The notes below the pieces were generated by a model. That model was given only the letters and a program-made list of their open reading frames with translations. It was not told the DNA's origin and searched no databases. This document shows positions 60,455 through 64,000 of a stretch of 64,000 nucleotides of DNA, in pieces. Origin of the DNA: Podarcis muralis (taxonomy: Eukaryota). The number at the start of each line of letters is the position of its first letter. Position 1 is the first letter of the stretch. The stretch covers positions 34,286,001 to 34,350,000 of the forward strand of contig NC_135659.1 in the NCBI RefSeq assembly GCF_964188315.1, read 5' to 3'. The position numbers and the translations under genes were made by a program.

Positions 60455-63400
60455 CTCTAGAGTCTCACAGATCCTCCAAGAGACATGATCTCCAGGACCA
60501 TCAGCAGTGCCAGTCTAAAGCTGATGTGGCCACACATTCTGTACGCATCCAAAACTAACAATTTTCTTCACAGGAATCAAATCAAATGTTGTTGGTTTTG
60601 GATTTTTTGTTTTTACAGTCCTCATTTTAGCATTAATTTGTCAGCTATCCTTACAAACTACATAAATTATAAGCAAATCACTACCATGTGTGCTGTGCTA
60701 ATTAAGCTCTATCCAACTTTAAAGGTGTTCTGTATTTCGAATTTTAAATGCAAATATACATACTTTTTAAAATAGATTGTTGATTCCAAACACACATCAT
60801 TAAAAAAAGGAAGAAAAACAAACAGCAACTGCCACCTGAAGCCGTGCTTGCAATAAAAGCACACTGTACCTTTTCTCCACAAAATCCTTAGTCTCGTTAA
60901 CAAAAGAAAGTGCATGCAAGTGTTTGCTTCCCTGTTGTTTTGTGGCAACCAGAGAGTGCAACAACGTCATAATCTGGACTCAGGGCCCCCCCCTGCTCAC
61001 ATCACGAGAGATTCATCCAGTGGCCCCCAACAAACTAGATCATAGGTTTTTGAGTTACGGGAGCATCTATGGTATTTCCTGATTGCACATTTCAGTTTCT
61101 AAGGATTGTAAATCTGTAATGTGAAAAATAAGAGTGCATGATACATACCAATCATGTCAATGAAATTCCTAGCCCCCCTCGGATATTAACAGTTGGAGAA
61201 TGTCTTAGGTGTCCACGATGCTCTTGCCAGTTATTCATGTGTTATTTATGTGGCTACCTAATTGATGTTAATGCAGAGGCAAAAGTGAAAGAGAGGTATC
61301 TGTAATGTGAACTATGAGAATTCTAGCCAGCATCTGGCTATAAATCATTTCAAGAACTGCTTTATGCCTTGATGTATAAAAACGCTTTAATTGTAGTAGT
61401 AAGAGCCACCAACCACAGAATCTTGGCTTCCTTTTCTTGCAGCACCTTGTTGGAAAGTCATTATTTTTGTTCACAAGGAAAACCAGTGGTTCAGTTCAGG
61501 CGTCAAGCCAAAATAGTTTTTTGAGAACCTTAACCCAAGAGTTGGTGCAACATCAGTAAGTTGGCAAACCATATTTTACAATCAGCTGGCAAATCAGAAA
61601 TTGTGGTTTGCAAACTATGGTTTGTCAGGTCACAGACCACTCTTGCCCACCTTACACAGTACATCTTAATGCGCCATCTCCAACTTCAAACTCAGGTGTG
61701 AAGTTTCTGAAAGCCACATGCTTTAGGTTACTCTTGTTTGTATGTGCCAGCTATTTGTTCTCACAACAGCATTCTCAATAAATCACTACCAGTTTGGGGT
61801 GCAGCCCAAAATTTATCTATGCAATTTCTATAAGAGAGGCACAATGCTATCTCTACCACCTCTGGTACTTCTACCACACACCTAAGAGGAAGGAAGCCTG
61901 CCTTGGTGACCTTCACTGACCAGTGGGTAAGCCAACAATGCATAGAAGGGTTTGAAGTCATAGGACGACATAGTCAACTGACTTGCCAGAAAACATAACA
62001 TAGAGGAGGATTGTCTAGAACCTCTGAAGCTTACCTGGGCACTCTCCTATAGTTAAATTATAATAAACAGCTGGCCAACCACAGCAGCTGATTCCTTGGG
62101 GAGAGGAAAATCATGCCCTCCCAGGATAGATCTCCTTCTAGGCAAGCTGTGAGCAGTGGCATCACAAGCCAGATATCCTGAAAAGCAAAAGCAAGGTGAG
62201 ACCAAGAGCAAGTCAAGACAGCTCCTATGGCTCAGGTCCACAGGGCACTGTAGCAACAAATGCAGCCAGCGGCAGCCAGCACAGCCAAATGAAGCAGTGC
62301 ATTACAGTGATGGAAGCAACCCTAGATCTGCAAATGGAGTCTTCCTTTCCCCTGAACATGCAGTAGTAGATTGTGGTTCCACAATGGCAGACACAGGTGA
62401 ATTCATAAGGCATAATTGTGACAGCAGAAACAGCACAGATCGGTCTTTATCCACAGCTTCTAGCCACTCAAGGTGAGTTGCTGAGCAAGAGCGTGGAGAG
62501 GCAACATAAACAGCTATTTAACTTGAGGTACAAAGCCTGCCCATCCCTGGCTTCAAATTAATCCTAAATTATGAGCTTGGAAAATGCTGAGACTCTTAGA
62601 AGAAGCACCAGCAGAACTCCACTCTACTCCAGAAGCATGCTCTCTACCTTCTATGTATTCAGCATCTAAGTATGCTTCTCTGTTCAAGCTTTCTGAAGAC
62701 AGAACATCCCACTGCAGCCTCTTTCGGAGCCACACTCAAGTAGAGTATCAATTTCCATCTTCTAACTAGAGTCCACTGCTACATTTCACCCTCCACTGCA
62801 CTAGTGAATACACACATTCTGAGTTTCTGAATTTGAAACAACCCTCAATCAATGAGCTCCTAACTCCCTTAAAATAAAATACAAACTAGACTAAGAATGA
62901 ATCCAGTGGCACCAACTTAAGAACCTAAGAATTGTCCTGTTAGACCCTGGTTTAACCTCCACCACCACAAAAATACACAAGTTGATGATGTTCAAGAAGA
63001 TACCCATTTCTAACAATATGAACTACTAGCAACACATACACAAAAGTGCCAGCTTCCACAGTCTCTTCCCAATCTGGGAAACATGCCTCTCTAGTTTACT
63101 ACCTGTCAGGCAGATTTGAGGGACTCTGGAGAATGCACAGCCAAAAAAAAAGTGCCAAGCCACATCAGAAAGAGTGGAATTTAAAAGTACAGTGTTTTCA
63201 ACACACTCCAGCTGGGTTAGGGGGCTGTGTGTAGGTCAACAGCATGTAATCTGAGCTGAGCAATGTAGCAAGCAGGAATCATCATGGGGAGGTTTGGGCC
63301 AGAACTGTACTGATTGAATACCTGCCTGCAATGATCTGTAGAAGATGCAGAAGCAGAAGCAGCTGTAGCTGAGCATTGGCAGGGATAGGAAAGCAGAGGG

Positions 63401-63598
63401 GTGGGGAAGGTGAAGGACTGGATCACAGATGATGCTACTTTATTCTATTATAAACCAATAACCAAATGATTAATTGTAGCAGAGCATAAAAATAGGTAAA
63501 ATAATAAAGGAAAGCTCAACAGCCTTGTATAAACCAGAAACCTTCCCAAAAGCTTCTGAACTGAACGGAATTTTCAGGAAGCCTTCCTGTTAAAAGTA

Positions 63599-63861
63599 CC
63601 GTATTTTTTGCTCTATAGGACTCACTTTTCCCCCTTCTAAAAAGTAAGGGGAAATGTGTGTGCGTTTTATGGAGCGAATGCAGGCTGCACAGCTATCACA
63701 GAAGCCAGAACAGCAAGAGGGATTGCTGCTTTCACTGCGCAGCGATCCCTCTTGCTGTTCTGGCTTCTGAGACTCAGAATATTTTTTTTCTTCTTGTTTT
63801 CCTCCTCCAAAAACTAGGTGTGTCTTGTGGTCTGGTGCGTCTTATAGAGCGAAAAATACGG
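63599..63861 (-). mobile_element. Non-autonomous Tc1/mariner-pogo-type MITE, copy 3 (inverted relative to copies 1 and 2)
   Basis: Reverse complement of the copy 2 sequence. TA TSD at 63597-63598 and 63862-63863. Confidence 0.92.
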
Positions 63862-64000
63862 TATATGGCCAATGATAACACGATTGCACACATGGCATCA
63901 CTTTGCCAGTTAGGTGGCGATACAAAGCCATTTAGCATGGCATCCGGGGAGTCGTCGGAGGCAGGTGAACTGAGCGACAATTGAAGGGCGAAGGTAGGAC

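Noticed and set aside
62156-62476. 106-aa ORF followed by AAG|GTGAGT
   Set aside because: Antisense to ADGRL2, no recognisable domain, no clear acceptor, and no supporting exons.

Overview
Vertebrate genomic DNA, AT-rich and repeat-dense. The SINE and MITE content points to a squamate, probably a lacertid lizard (inference). The only host coding sequence I can support is one 214-bp internal exon of latrophilin-2 (ADGRL2) on the minus strand (10108-10321), encoding the N-terminal half of the rhamnose-binding-lectin domain; the ORF track missed it. I did not find the signal-peptide exon or the next lectin exon, so 10322-64000 and 1-10107 read as two long introns. The introns contain: a young 5'-truncated RTEX-like LINE with a near-intact APE-RT ORF and a perfect 14-bp TSD; Sauria (Squam1) and Squam3 SINEs; tRNA-headed CR1-tailed SINEs with three different heads (Ile, Lys, Asn); CR1, L2 and MIR relics; many hAT, Tigger and pogo MITEs, often nested; microsatellites; and several candidate regulatory or splicing elements. 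No prokaryote-type systems or CRISPR arrays are present. All family names are from memory, with no database search.
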